Source of the DNA: Schmidtea polychroa
Taxonomy: Eukaryota
Reading direction: 5' to 3'
Length of the DNA stretch: 64,000 nucleotides
Assembly (NCBI GenBank): GCA_044892525.1
Contig: CM097885.1
Span: forward strand, 237,958,001-238,022,000
This document shows, in pieces, positions 42,804 to 55,742 of the stretch. The first letter of the stretch is position 1. The number at the start of each line of letters is the position of its first letter. The notes under the pieces are model-generated. The model had not been told where the DNA came from, did not search any database, and saw nothing but the letters and a program-made list of their open reading frames with translations. Made by a program: the position numbers and the translations under genes.

Positions 42804-45800
42804 CCTCTATGGGTACTGCTTGTAAGGGTATTGGTCTTAAGGGTACTGATCGTAAAGGTACTGGTGTGTTTTAATGATTTTATTTAGGCAAATATTTGGT
42901 TATTATTTGGCGTTAAATTCATTGGTAATTTTTTAGAGTTAACGGGATTTTACCAACATTTTTTGTGAATTTCATGTTAATTGAAAGAATATTTAAGGCT
43001 TAGTGTTAATTCTAAGATAAATTTAATTAATTTCTTGATAATTTGCTATATTTTATTGACTTGTTTTTAAATTTTAAATAAAAATTAATTTTTAATGAGG
43101 TTAATAATCAAGTGATAGGATAAATTTTGATGATGATGACTTTGTAATGATATTGAATTTGACTAAATTAATATATTAATATATTTTTCTAAGAATATTT
43201 ACACATTGATGAACTTTAAAATATTGAAAATCTAAAGTTGAAACCAACTAATTTTATCATGATGATGATATATTTGAAATCTACTTGAAAATTAATGTAA
43301 AATATACTGAAATTTGTGATTTAGTTTGAAAGATATATCATTTTATAATGGCTATAATTAGCCGAATCGATGACCAATCAATATATTTCATCTCTAATTA
43401 GATATTTGATGGTGAATGTGGTGAAATATTTGTAGGAAATATTCATTTTAGCGAATTTTGATCTTTTACAGAGGTCTTTGAATTTAGCTACTAAATTATT
43501 TCAATGGAAGAATGTTTGTAACAATTAAATAAAATTCATATTTTGAAGAATTTTCTATGGATTTTAAGATATATTAAAGGGCTCAAGCGGGTGAAATTAT
43601 ATTCGGTTGGATTTAATGAAGGTTAAGATGGTAATATATGATTTTTAAGGGGGTTTTTTAAATGCTAGAAATATTTGGTGAGGGATCGGTTAATGTTTTG
43701 AATATTTATATATTCTTATTGGTAAAATATCAAATTTTCAAGGGAAATAGTCAGATGTGAATAGTTCCTGTGAAATTATATCGTTTTAGAGGTTGCACAG
43801 TAATTTATGTTTCAGAACCAGTTTTTATTAATCATCCACGGTTTTATTAATGGTTAATGATCAATTTACTTGTTTTTGACAATGAGAAATTTGAAATCTT
43901 TAGAATTAATTGATATCAATGGTTATTGCTTTAAATTATTTTTATTTAAGAAGTTATTTTATTCATTTTGGGGATATCGTTGACAAAGCTTGAGAAATAT
44001 TAACTTAAAAGAATTGGAAAACAACTAAAGAAAAGTGATCTTTGAAGGAAATTTATGATTTTAATTAGATTTCTAGAAATTAAATAGGTTGAATATCAGT
44101 TAATCTATTGAAGGAATATTGTTATCGGGTGGATAAATGATATTTTCCTAAATTACCTTACTATATTATTATTTTAATGACTAAATTAACCAATATTCAT
44201 AAATTTATCGTACAAAATATCCATGTTTTGGTTACTCAAACATCTTAAATTTCTCGCAAAGATATATTACGTCTAATGATCATCTAATTAAATTAGAAAA
44301 TAATTGTTACTTTATAATATATATTTCTAACTAATAAGCCCCTTAATTGGATAAATGATAACCATATTTCTATTATGACTCCTTTAATTATTTTTGCCTC
44401 AAACAAATTTACTCCAAATGATAAAGAATTTAAAATTATCAATGAATAAAGACCATGTTTTTCTCATATTATTAACTATTGTAACGAACATTAGATGAAT
44501 AAATTAATTTTTGCTTTAAATGACTACAAAGTTAACCAATAAATTAGTCGCTCGACATAATTGTAAAGTTACATTTAAAATATTCACGAATTTCTGATCA
44601 TCTCACTAAATTACCTAAGAATTTCTAAATGATTAATATACCCTTGCGACATGTCGAATGTGACCAGTACCCTTGCTAGCAATACCCATAGGGGGACAGA
44701 ATATTTTGTCGGATAAACTAGGAGTATATGGTCTTTATTGATATATCAAAATACTGTTATTTATAAATCAACTAAAAATACTCAAAAATACTATATTATT
44801 TTACTGAATGATACCTTAAATGTTTTTAATATACATATTTCTAAAATAAATCAACAGTTCAAACCAACAACATGTATGCAAGACCACCCATTGTTAATTT
44901 ATTTCCAGTGTCACGTCCCTCAAAAATACCGTGAGTGTTTTAACAAAACTGAGCTCAAAGAAACTTTCCAGATAACAACTCACCTGAATGTTTTGAACAA
45001 AAATGAGCGAAATTGAGAACAAACGATTAGATGGCGATTAAATTCTGGCCACAACCCTAACAACATGAAAATTAAGATTTTAATTATTGAATTCGTTGTT
45101 TTCTGCCTGGAAATACTAACAGAATATTTTTTTTTAATTCAAAGAATCTTCATTATAAATATTTGAATTTAAAAAATTAAATGAAGGATATATAAGTGTA
45201 CATAAAATTATATAAAATTATACTATATTTATTAATAAATTTAGAATACATAAAATTATACTATATAATAATGTTAATGTTTAAATATGCTTAAATAACT
45301 AAATTGTTTAAATATTTTTAAATAACTAAATTTAAATTATTTAAATTTAAATTATTTAAATATACTTTTGATATAACTTTATTTCTTTCGTTTTAGTATC
45401 CATAAAGTAAGTAAATAAAGAATTTACTACAATATTTTAATTATTTTACTTAGTAATGAAGAAAATGAATTATATAATTATGAAGAAGATGAACCAGATA
45501 AAATGGTGAAACACTAAATGACTTATGTTCTGGATTTAGAAATTTCTTATTAAAACATGAATTATAGAAGAAAATGAACCAGACAAAATGGTGAAACATT
45601 GCTATGTTCTGGATTTCTTAAATGAATTAGCTGATTGTGGGTGTCCTTCAACATGAATTATCAGACTTAAATTATGTAAACTTTCAACGAATGTCAAGGA
45701 AAATGGGAAAAACCGATGTTTTAGCAATTAGATATTGTAAAGTACTACCTGAAGAATATTATTATTAATGTAAGACATGAATTAATTCTTTAAAATATAT

Positions 45801-46792
45801 ATATTATATTTAGGTATCTGTGTTTTATGGTGGGAAATGACATTGAAAAAGTATACCACAAATAACAGTTGACTAATTTATTAAGCCTGTGACGATAAAA
45901 TGTTAGATAATGTAAGTTCATTGCTTTTAAATCAATATAAATTTTAGCAATGATAGTTGACACCGCATCAGAAACTAAGAAATACATCCAATTTGCAAGA
46001 TGTATTCCAAATGGCCCGATGGAGATGATAATTCTGAGATAGATTACCAGCAGAAGAGCGAGAAAAATTTGTAAATTAAATATATATTTACAAGCTGATC
46101 GTCGTGGTGGGCGGTTGTAATCCAACTAGTGGGAGGCCTCTGTAAATATATATTTGTGTTAGTGAAAACATTAATTAATTTGGTTATAGTGCCAATGACG
46201 CATGTATTTTGAAATTATACGTTTCGAATGTGCTGGTAGTTGACTACCCATGCTAGGCGTAATGTTCCGTACGGAAAGCTATAATGCCCAGGTTCTTCTG
46301 ACCCCACTTGGGGGAGGCACAGACGACCCTTGTGGACGCGAACAAATATCCACCGTGTCTTTCAGGCACAGATATTTGGTCACTGCTCATTAGGCCTGGC
46401 AATACTAAATGCATAAACTTTGCCTTGTCCTCTCTTGTCTTGATTTTTATCGTTTAAATATTAAAGTATGTGTGATAGGTTTTATTTACTAACCTTAATT
46501 AATATAGCCTTGCGATATGTGTAATGTGAGTAGTACCTTTGTGAGCAATACCCATAGGGGGACAGAATATTTTATCGGATAGACTAGGAGTATATACACC
46601 CATGTTGAACAAGATATGTGTATATAGAATGTGTGTGTAAAATTATCGCTCCTTATTGACAACTTCCTGTAAAGGCAAACACAGAATACTGCAAACATAA
46701 TAATACTCTACCCCATAACTTAGTATGTAAAAATTATTTAAGGTTTTTTCACTAATAATAATAATAATTATAATAATAATAATAATAATAAT

Positions 46793-46838
<46 letters not shown>

Positions 46839-46962
46839 TTAAGTTTAATGAGTTGTGTATGTGTGTAAAAATATTTTAGGTTTTCACTAATAATGATAAT
46901 AATAATGGTTAATGGGTTGTGTATGTGTGTAGAAATAATTTATCTTTTTCACTAATATTTGC

Positions 46963-47047
<85 letters not shown>

Positions 47048-47250
47048 TTAATAATAATAATAAAATTTTAATGGGTTGTATATGTGTGTAGAAAATATTT
47101 TAGAATTTCACTAATATTGATAATAATAATGGTTAATGAGTTGTGCATGTGTGTGTGTGTGTAGAAAATATTTTAGGTTTTTAATATTGATAATAATAAT
47201 AATGGTTGAGGGGTTGTGTGTGTAAACCATATTTTAGATTTTTCATTAAC

Positions 47251-47319
<69 letters not shown>

Positions 47320-47653
47320 TCCCGCGCGTGTTAATACTTTAAAAGAAAATATTGAAAATTTAAAAAATAATAATATTTATGCAAAGCATGTGCAATAATT
47401 ATGTCTTTGTTAATTAAGTAAACTTTAGTGTCAAAATAAGTTTTTAAAATATTTTTAAATTTAAAATACCGCAACTTAATATATTTTTGTTCTACCCTTC
47501 ATTGATTTAAGTTGGTCAGAATTTAATAATAATTTTAATAATAATTATAATATACTCTTTGAGATATGTTGAGTGTGAGCAGTACCCATAGGGGGACAGA
47601 ATATTTTATCGGATAGACTCTGACTATATATGATAATAATATTCCCTGCGCGC

Positions 47654-47704
<51 letters not shown>

Positions 47705-49335
47705 TTAATACTTTGAAATTGTATTTGAAAATGTTATGAACTGTGGAGATGATGAATGTGAATGTGTTAATAAATTTTAGTTTGAGTGTATATTTAAAGT
47801 ATAATATTTAGAATTTCTTTGTTAAAGTTTTGTCTTAAATATTTTTAGTAGTAACTTTGTGAACAGTACCCATGTGACTTGTTGAGTGTGAGCAGTACCC
47901 ATGTGTGCAGTAACCATAGGGGGACAGAATATCTTGTCGGATAAACTCAGAGTATGTATAATAATAATAATAATAATAGTAATAATAATAATAATAATAT
48001 TTTTAAAAGATAATATGACCTTGGGAATGACCTTGAAAAATTAAATGACCTTGAAAAAGGAAATGACCTTGGGAATGACCTTGAAAAATAAATGACCTTG
48101 AAAAATTAAATGGCCTTGAAAAATAAATGACCTTGAAAAATAAATGACCTTGAAAAATTAAATGGCCTTGAAAAATAAATGACCTTGAAAAATTAAATGG
48201 CCTTGAAAATATAAATGACCTTGAAAATATAAATGACCTTGAAAATATAAATGACCTTGAAAAAATAAATGACCTTGACCTTGAAAAAATAAATGATCTT
48301 GAAAAAATAATATTTTTCGAAAAATAGTCAAATGACCTTGAAAATTGTCTCGGGAAAACATTAATAACTTTGTCAATATTAATGATGATGATACCTTCAA
48401 TAGCTCATTCGAAAGGTCTTGCACTAGGCTTCAAAATAATTGTTTGATTTATAAATTCGGATGATGGGAACATTAGGTTTTTGGCAAACGAAAAGTAGGG
48501 GCCCGCTAGATCACTAATAATATTTTGAATAATTATATGATCTTGAAATTGGTCTCGGGAAAACGTTAATAATTTTGCCTATAATAATGATAATAATAAT
48601 ATTTATATGTCAATAGATAGATCTTGTACTGGGCTTTAAAATGAGCTATCGATCGATGAAGTAGAATGATGAGAACATTAATTTTTGGGATGAAAAAAAG
48701 TAGGGGCCCTCTGGATCAATTTTTAAAAAATAAATGACCTTGACCTTGAAAAAAATAATAAATGACCTTGAAAATGATTTTTGGTAAAATGTTAATAATT
48801 TTGCCAATAATAATGATAATAATAATATTTATATATCAATAGATAGATCTTGCACAGGGCTTTAAAATAAGCTATCGATTAATAAATTCGGATAATGGGA
48901 ACGATAACTTTTGGGATGAAAAAAAGTATTGGCCCTCTGGATCACTAATAATATTTTGGAAAAAATTATGAGACATTGGGTTAGTCTTTGTCTTTGTTCT
49001 AAAAATGAGATGAGTCATCGTATGATAGGAATGAGGTATGATATAAGATGAGGTATCGTCCAATAAAATCCGTTGGTGGGAACATTAATTTTTGGGATGA
49101 AAAAAAGTAGGGGCCCTCTGGATCACTTAATTAAAACAAAAATTAAATTAAAAAAATAAATGACCTTAACCTTGACCTTTTATTTAAAAAAAAATTTTTC
49201 CCGGGGGGGGAGGAGGTATATGTGATCCAGAGGGCCCCTGATCTGGATGGCCCCAATCCTACTAATTATATGACACAATTTATCAAACTCTCCCCTCTTA
49301 GTGCCATATTCATCACTCTTAGAAAAGTAGCTGGT
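42804..49335 (-). repeat. Right arm of giant inverted repeat, including 69 bp of flanking Gypsy RT
   Basis: Reverse complement of 35445-41995, separated from it by an 808-bp spacer (41996-42803). Confidence 0.97.
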
Positions 49336-49990
49336 GCTGCAAAAAGTCCAAAGGTCATCCAAAACTCGTAATAAACGCTGTCTTCGGTATTTCATATTCC
49401 GCTATTAGTGTTTTATGGTATCCATTAGAGAAATCGAGTGTCGAAATATTGTACCAAAGATTTCGTTTGCTGATGATATTATTTTTAGCATATAATGCCC
49501 TGTAATCCACTCACATACGGATATCTCTATTTATCTTTTTTGCTATGACAATTGAAAAATTCCACGGAGAATGACTTTCACGTATTGAGCCTGCGTCTTT
49601 TAATTCGTCTATATATCTACTTACATCTTCTAGTCCCATTGGAATTCTTCGATATTAGAAGGCAATTTGTGTTGCATCTTTCGTCTCTTTTTTGTTACAA
49701 TTTTATAACTACTAAACACTTCTTTGTTCATTTCTAAAATTTTAATTAATTGTTCATTTTCTTCGAATTTCACTCTTCCATCTATTTTTTCTTAAAACCT
49801 TTAATTACTACATTCGCTCTCATGATTTACTTAAAATGCATCTTATTGAATTCTTTTGAACTATCTCGTCAATTATCTCTTCTATTTCACCAAAAATTGT
49901 TCCTGCATGTCACCGTTTTTCTCCTTCTTCCTGCATACCAAACCTTACCAAAATAAATTCATCTGTGCATGTAGCTAATCCATCTGCAAT
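49267..49990 (-). pseudogene. Degenerate Gypsy pol, 5' part (RT up to CVI), continuous with 31330-31955
   Basis: TLDFSNGYH, EYEIPKTAF and MTFGLFAAPATFLRVMNMALRGESLINCVI. The distal boundary is approximate. Confidence 0.8.
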
Positions 49991-50350
49991 TTTTAATATT
50001 ATATTATATTACTGCAAACTGCGAAAAAGAGTGCCTTTAAAACAAAATGATCGCGTGATAACGTTTAATTTTATTTTAATTAGCGTTTTGTAAATTTCTG
50101 ACAAAATTGGTAAATATTTATCAACTACATCTAGCAACTGTTAACAAATATGGTGGATTTTTAAGCTTCCCAAAAAACTTTATTGGAACAATTTTATTTA
50201 ATCCAGGACAAATCCTGGAAAACCCCTTTTCTGTGGACATCCAATTTCATGATTACATAATTTGTTAAAATTACCTATTTTATTTTTTGACATTTAACAC
50301 AAAATTTAAAAGAACTTCTTGAACAATCAATGTTAACCATTAAATTTTTC

Positions 50351-50502
50351 CATTGTATTTATTAAAAAGCTTGACTATGAATCAGTAAATATATCGATCT
50401 TATTGATATTCACGAATTTTCGGCACTGACTTTTTCATCGATATATTCATAAACATCGATATATTTACTGATTCATAGTCAAGCATTTTAATAAATGCAA
50501 TG
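50351..50502. repeat. 48-bp imperfect inverted repeat of a dispersed MITE-like family
   Basis: CATTGTATTTATTAAAAAGCTTGACTATGAATCAGTAAATATATCGAT and its reverse complement. Related single arms near 12512-12610 and 56591-56660. Confidence 0.75.
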
Positions 50503-53500
50503 TCAATGAAAAAAAATCAGTGGTGAAATTTAAAAAAAAAATTTCATCAAATTTTTATTTATAAAATAATTTAAATAAAATATTTTTTGTCACATTTATA
50601 AAATTATTATCAGATTTTATAAACTGAAAACAATAAATTATCAGAATTTGACAAACTATCTCAAATATGAAAACAATTAATTTCATTAATGGCAAAGGGA
50701 ATTTTTATCAACATAAACTAATAATTTTCAGTGTCCAAAAGAAATAAATTAATGAAAAAATTCTGTTAAAATAGAATTTGATAAATTATAATTTTGATAA
50801 AGTTTCTTCAAATCAAAAACACTTTATGATAAATAAATAATTTTCATGTTGAATATATTATTACATACTTCTATACAATGTTTTCCCTGATTTTTATTTT
50901 CACAGGGCCAATAAAATCCCGAGCCCGAATTTTCAAACGTCACTTTTTATATTTCAAAATAAAAATTTCATGCACAAAAAGGAAATTTCATATGCGCAAT
51001 TCAAAGTTTTTTTCCATGTTCAATTTAGATGAAATTTCGCTTTAGATATTTTTCGTTTTAAAGTTTTTGTTTATATGAAGTCATCGATTCATTTCAAATA
51101 TTCAAAGAGTAAAAAACGAGAATAATAAATAGAAACTGACAAAAAATTGTGAAAATATTAATCAAAATACATAATTAGCAAATTAATTTCTCACTTCCAT
51201 ACAACTCTAAGGCTTCATGAAAAGTTTTAAGCAATAAATATATTTTTGACATGTGAAATTTTCAACAATAAATGTTCGTTTTTTTTTTGAAAAATATTAG
51301 CTTACCTAAAATAGAATGTAATTTATATTGGTGTGATTTTTCGTACTCGAATTAATCAAAAAGTTAAAAAAAACTATCAAATTAATATATTTTTTATATT
51401 TTTTAACTTAGAGCAATCGGGAAAGAAAATTGTCAGTTTGTAAAGTATGAAATGAGAATAAAATGGAAACAAAGAGTGATATATCAAGTTGTACACATAT
51501 GTTACATAAAGAATAGCAATTAGTTATTCTGACAACAGATTATACTCTAAAAATGAAATTCTCTGGGATAAATCTTGAGGAATTTTGGATTTTTCTCTAA
51601 TCTCAATACCAAAGTGCCTCCAAAAGCGCATTGCATTAAGAGAGCATTAAGAGCCAGCATTAAACCAAAAATACGTAACAGACTTATTAAATAAACGAAT
51701 AAATGAGAATATGTTTGACACATACTAAATTTGATATAACTGAAATCTTCACAAGTCAACAAGCTTTAAGTAAACCACCACTCACGATATATTTCGACAG
51801 TTTTCCTGGCATAATCGGATAAGATAGAAAAACTATAGATCTTTATAGATTTAATAAATAAATTACAAAATTATTATTATCATGTAAATAATAAAACAGT
51901 CAATTATTTTTCAAATGAAACTATTTCCAACAAATATAATTTAATTTCTTAAAATAATATTTTATTTCCACACAAAATTATTATTAGTCGATTCCTTCTA
52001 TCGACAATATTCAAGAACTTGAGTCCTTGAACATCCTTGACCTAAGGAATAGACCAATATTAAAGCACACAATATAGGTTGAATAAACAAATATTTTCTT
52101 TCTTTCTGAACACTTTATTTTTCTAAGATAGTGATTGATTTTAATTTTTTAAACAAAATACAAAAAATGCAACATTAACACTCATTGTAATTCCGGACGT
52201 TCAGGAGTTCAAAGATGTTGTTTATTTAAAATTCAGTAATAATCTTCAGATAATATCGAAATAATTATTCTTGGATTCCGCGTATTTCAGATTGAATCCA
52301 GTAAAATTTAAAACCTAACCTGACCATTTATTCCTATTTCTCCCGAAAACCAGTATAATATTTTTTACAAGCGTAGTTAGGTTCTTGTTATATATTCGTA
52401 ATATATTATAGAATATTTTAAGGTAAGTATTCTATTATTATTTGTATTATTTTCTTATTAGGAGTATATTTGATTTATTATGTTGGGTTATTGGGTTGGT
52501 GATAATATTTAAAAGTTACCAATCAAATTTCCGACTCCAAAGCGTGTTTTATCTGATTCACAAAATAAAAATTATCAAGATAAACCTTTATTGATTATTA
52601 CAACCGAATACAAAAATTTTAGCAACATTATTGATTCTATACTCAAATAAGTAATTATACAAAGCTTATTGCAACTCTACGTGAGGAATACCTTTAAATG
52701 TATAATTCCCAAATACTTAATAATCACCAACTGCTAATCTGACTAAATAATTTGGTAAATTGAATTGAATTCTCCTTTGTTTTGACTTGAATTTATTCAG
52801 TATACTTTAAACCTTTCTTATTGAACTTAATTTTATTGCACCGTTTAGTTTTAATAATTTCTCTTCTTTTCAATTTCTAATTTCCAATTTCTTTAATTTT
52901 CCTCTACTGTTTAATTTCGAATTATTTTCTCGATTATCTTTTTAGTTTTTTCCTCAACCACTAACTTTTGATTCCATTCATAAGACTTTTGCTTTTACAG
53001 TCCGCACTTGTTCGACATTTGTCCAACACTTGTGATAATTAATTTTTTCCATCCTGTCTCCCCATAATTTGTACAGCTCCTGTGTTATCACTGACAGCTA
53101 CCAAAATATGCCATGTTTTGCTCTTTTTTGTTGTTTCGTCTTTTCCTGCACTCCTGATATCTCTGACAGCCTGTCAAGATATGAATTTTTCTCTAGTCTT
53201 GCTTCTTTATAATTTGGAATTTCTTTTTCCCTTTTGCACATTAATTACCAATGATCTTTATCCTGTGATGTTGTCTGATTTCTTTTATTTGCTCATCCTT
53301 TCTCATTTCTCAATTTTTTTCTCTCCCGTTTTCTTTTCCTAGCTCCAGAGTGCTATCCCGATTCCCCTATCGATTTTCCCCCAGGTTACTTTATTTATTT
53401 ATAATATTATTAATTATTTAGGTATCCTCAAATATTCTATTACTGTATGTTTTTCGAGGGGCGTGAGTGGGGGGGGGGGGTGTTGCAGCAGTTATGCTGG

Positions 53501-54479
53501 GTACGCCACTGTGGAGATAAAGGACGTAATATTTTTAGATAAACTTATTTCATATAATGTCATTAAAAATTTATTTAGCATGTTATCTTGCATTTCGACG
53601 AATAAACTTGCATATTAATGTTGCCATTGCACAAAATGGTGTAATGATTTAAATTTTCTAATAATTGTAAAATTTCCAATTCATAAAAAATTTCCTCAAT
53701 GTGATGTAGGCAATTTAACTTATGTAAATTTCTAATTATTAAATTATCAAATTTCATCGAAATTTAGCAAACTCAATTAACTCAGTTTTTATTGTTTTAA
53801 ACATTATTTTTCTCCAATTAATTAAATAAATGTGTTATGGAAATGATTAATAAATAAACTGTCAAATTTCATCTGAAACCGATTTATTTTGGTGAAGCTT
53901 TAATAATTATCAAAGAACTAAATCCGAAATTTGCATAAATTTAATTGCTTATAAAAGAACATTTATGAATGAATAAGTTGTTTGTCACAGCATGAATATT
54001 TTCCGATGATTATTCAAACAATTTCATGAAAACAATTCAAACAATGCTATAAAAATTATTTTGCAAAAATGTTTCATTTGTAATGTTTTAATCTATGAAC
54101 TCTTTATTAACCACTGAAACTTTGAGGTAACGTAATAAGTAAATATCAGAATTTCATACTTTCCATAAGTCAACAAAATATTTTATTTAATTTTCTGTCG
54201 CCAGAACGAGTTCATATATTTTCAATTTAATAATTTTTGCAAGAGACAAACCAATTGGAGCATAAAATATTAATATTTCTGAAAAAAATAATTTCTAATT
54301 TATAGTTTGTCAAAATCAACTATTACTGCATTAAAGTATAAACAGAAAAAGAAATAAATGTTGCATGAATTTTCTTAATTGAATAATTTTCTAAATTGAA
54401 TAATGTCAATTTTGACATGAAAAATCAGTATCACTTAAGATTATACAAAAGTTAGTTATATGATTAAATTTATTTTTAC

Positions 54480-54900
54480 AGCAAATTCTACACATTTTCA
54501 CTTTTCCAAATGATTTGTTAGAAAAAAAGTTAAGAAAAATCAAAAATAAAGGCCATAAAATTCATCTTTACAAGGTTTCAATCAAAGTTTTTTTTTAGGA
54601 GAACATAAATAACTGAAATTGGAAAAAATTTTAAACGATATTTTTTGCATTAAAAGCAGCATAGCTTAATTGTCATTGTTTTAATAAGACGATACAAAAA
54701 TTGTAAAATGGAAATTTTAAAAAGTCAGTCATTTGAATTATAGTTACAATATATATTTTCAAAGAGAGTTTTACAGTTTCAAAACCTAAGGCAATAAAAG
54801 AAAAATTATTTTAGAAACGACAATTTTAATTTTTTGAAATGGTCTGCTGAGAGTCCAGATTTAAACATGGATGAAGACACCTGGAAAGTCATTTACAGTC
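54480..54900 (+). pseudogene. Highly degenerate Tc1-like transposase remnant
   Basis: WSAESPDLNMDEDTW near 54840-54885 resembles WPxxSPDLNPIExxW. Boundaries are approximate. Confidence 0.5.
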
Positions 54901-55192
54901 AAGAATACCTGATAAATTGGGTAACAAATTGAAGTAAGAAATAAACATAGCAATCATTAATTCAATTCATTTAAACAATAATAAAAAAATGATATATAAT
55001 TGTAAACTTGCATCAAAATTAAAAATTGACTATAGATAAACAAGTTAGACTGTCAAAAAAGAGATATTATAAAAATATAAATTTAGACTTAATTTTTTAA
55101 AAATTAACGAAAAAAAAATAATTAAAAAATAAAATTTAAAATTTAAAAGTCAATAACATTTCAAAATTATTTTTCTTCAATATTTGTGTTAA

Positions 55193-55426
55193 CCCTTTTA
55201 TACGGAGTGTACAATATATTGTACACAGTTTTGTGTGCTGAATATCTGTTGTACCTTTTCGAAAATATAATGTGAGAAGTACTTTTTAAGAAAATTGAAA
55301 TTTGTTCTAATACATTTTAATAATTAAATTATTTTTTTTATTTTTTTGCATAATTTGAGTCCCCTTACTAGGTTTGATGGTCTAGATAATTAATTTACCC
55401 ACAGAATTAATTCCCGAATGAAAGGG
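55193..55426. mobile_element. piggyBac-type MITE
   Basis: TTAA-CCCTTTTATACGG ... CCGAATGAAAGGG-TTAA. Confidence 0.7.
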
Positions 55427-55742
55427 TTAAATTAATAGATAATATTGATGTATAATATGAAAGGAAGAAACTAATTTAATTTAAATTAATTGATTATTGA
55501 TGAAGAGGAAAAGTCTTTATTATTCGCCCCGAGTTAACTCATCCAGTCAAACCGGTCCGACATAGAGAAATATCACACCAGGAAGAATTACTAAAACCTT
55601 TTATTGATATACATTGCTGATACGTAGAAATGCATAATAAATGCTGCTTATTATATAAAAAAAGATTTTAAAAAATTCTCAAATTTAAGTGAAAAAATTG
55701 ACAAGCAATTCCAAAAAAAAAATAAAACGGTAAAGTGGTTAA

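Larger units (their letters stand above)
31956..49266. mobile_element. 17.3-kb Polinton/Maverick-like element without intact recognisable genes, with multi-kb modular inverted termini, internally rearranged
   Basis: Left end AGTAGTAGGATTGAGGCCATCCAGATC, right end GATCTGGATGGCCCCAATCCTACTAAT. Perfect 6-bp TSD TATATG (31950-31955 and 49267-49272). Removing the element restores Gypsy RT ...NCVIYLDD. Boundaries are certain; the superfamily is inferred. Confidence 0.8.

Noticed and set aside
33131..42860. Recurrent TCCGACAAGATATTCTGTCCCC motif as a CRISPR array
   Set aside because: Spacing is irregular (0.3-2.7 kb), repeats are variable, there are no cas genes, and the context is eukaryotic.
35445..49335. 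Giant palindrome as a pure sequencing or assembly artefact
   Set aside because: The arms differ by several substitutions (near 41120/43679, 41182/43617, 41962/42837, 35872/48930), a right-arm-only ~23-bp rearrangement near 49032-49045 where the left and middle copies agree, and repeat copy numbers. This favours a real, aged duplication, though read-level confirmation is still needed.
52520..53380. Possible LTR-retroelement remnant on the minus strand
   Set aside because: Composition looks coding, but no diagnostic motif could be read with confidence.
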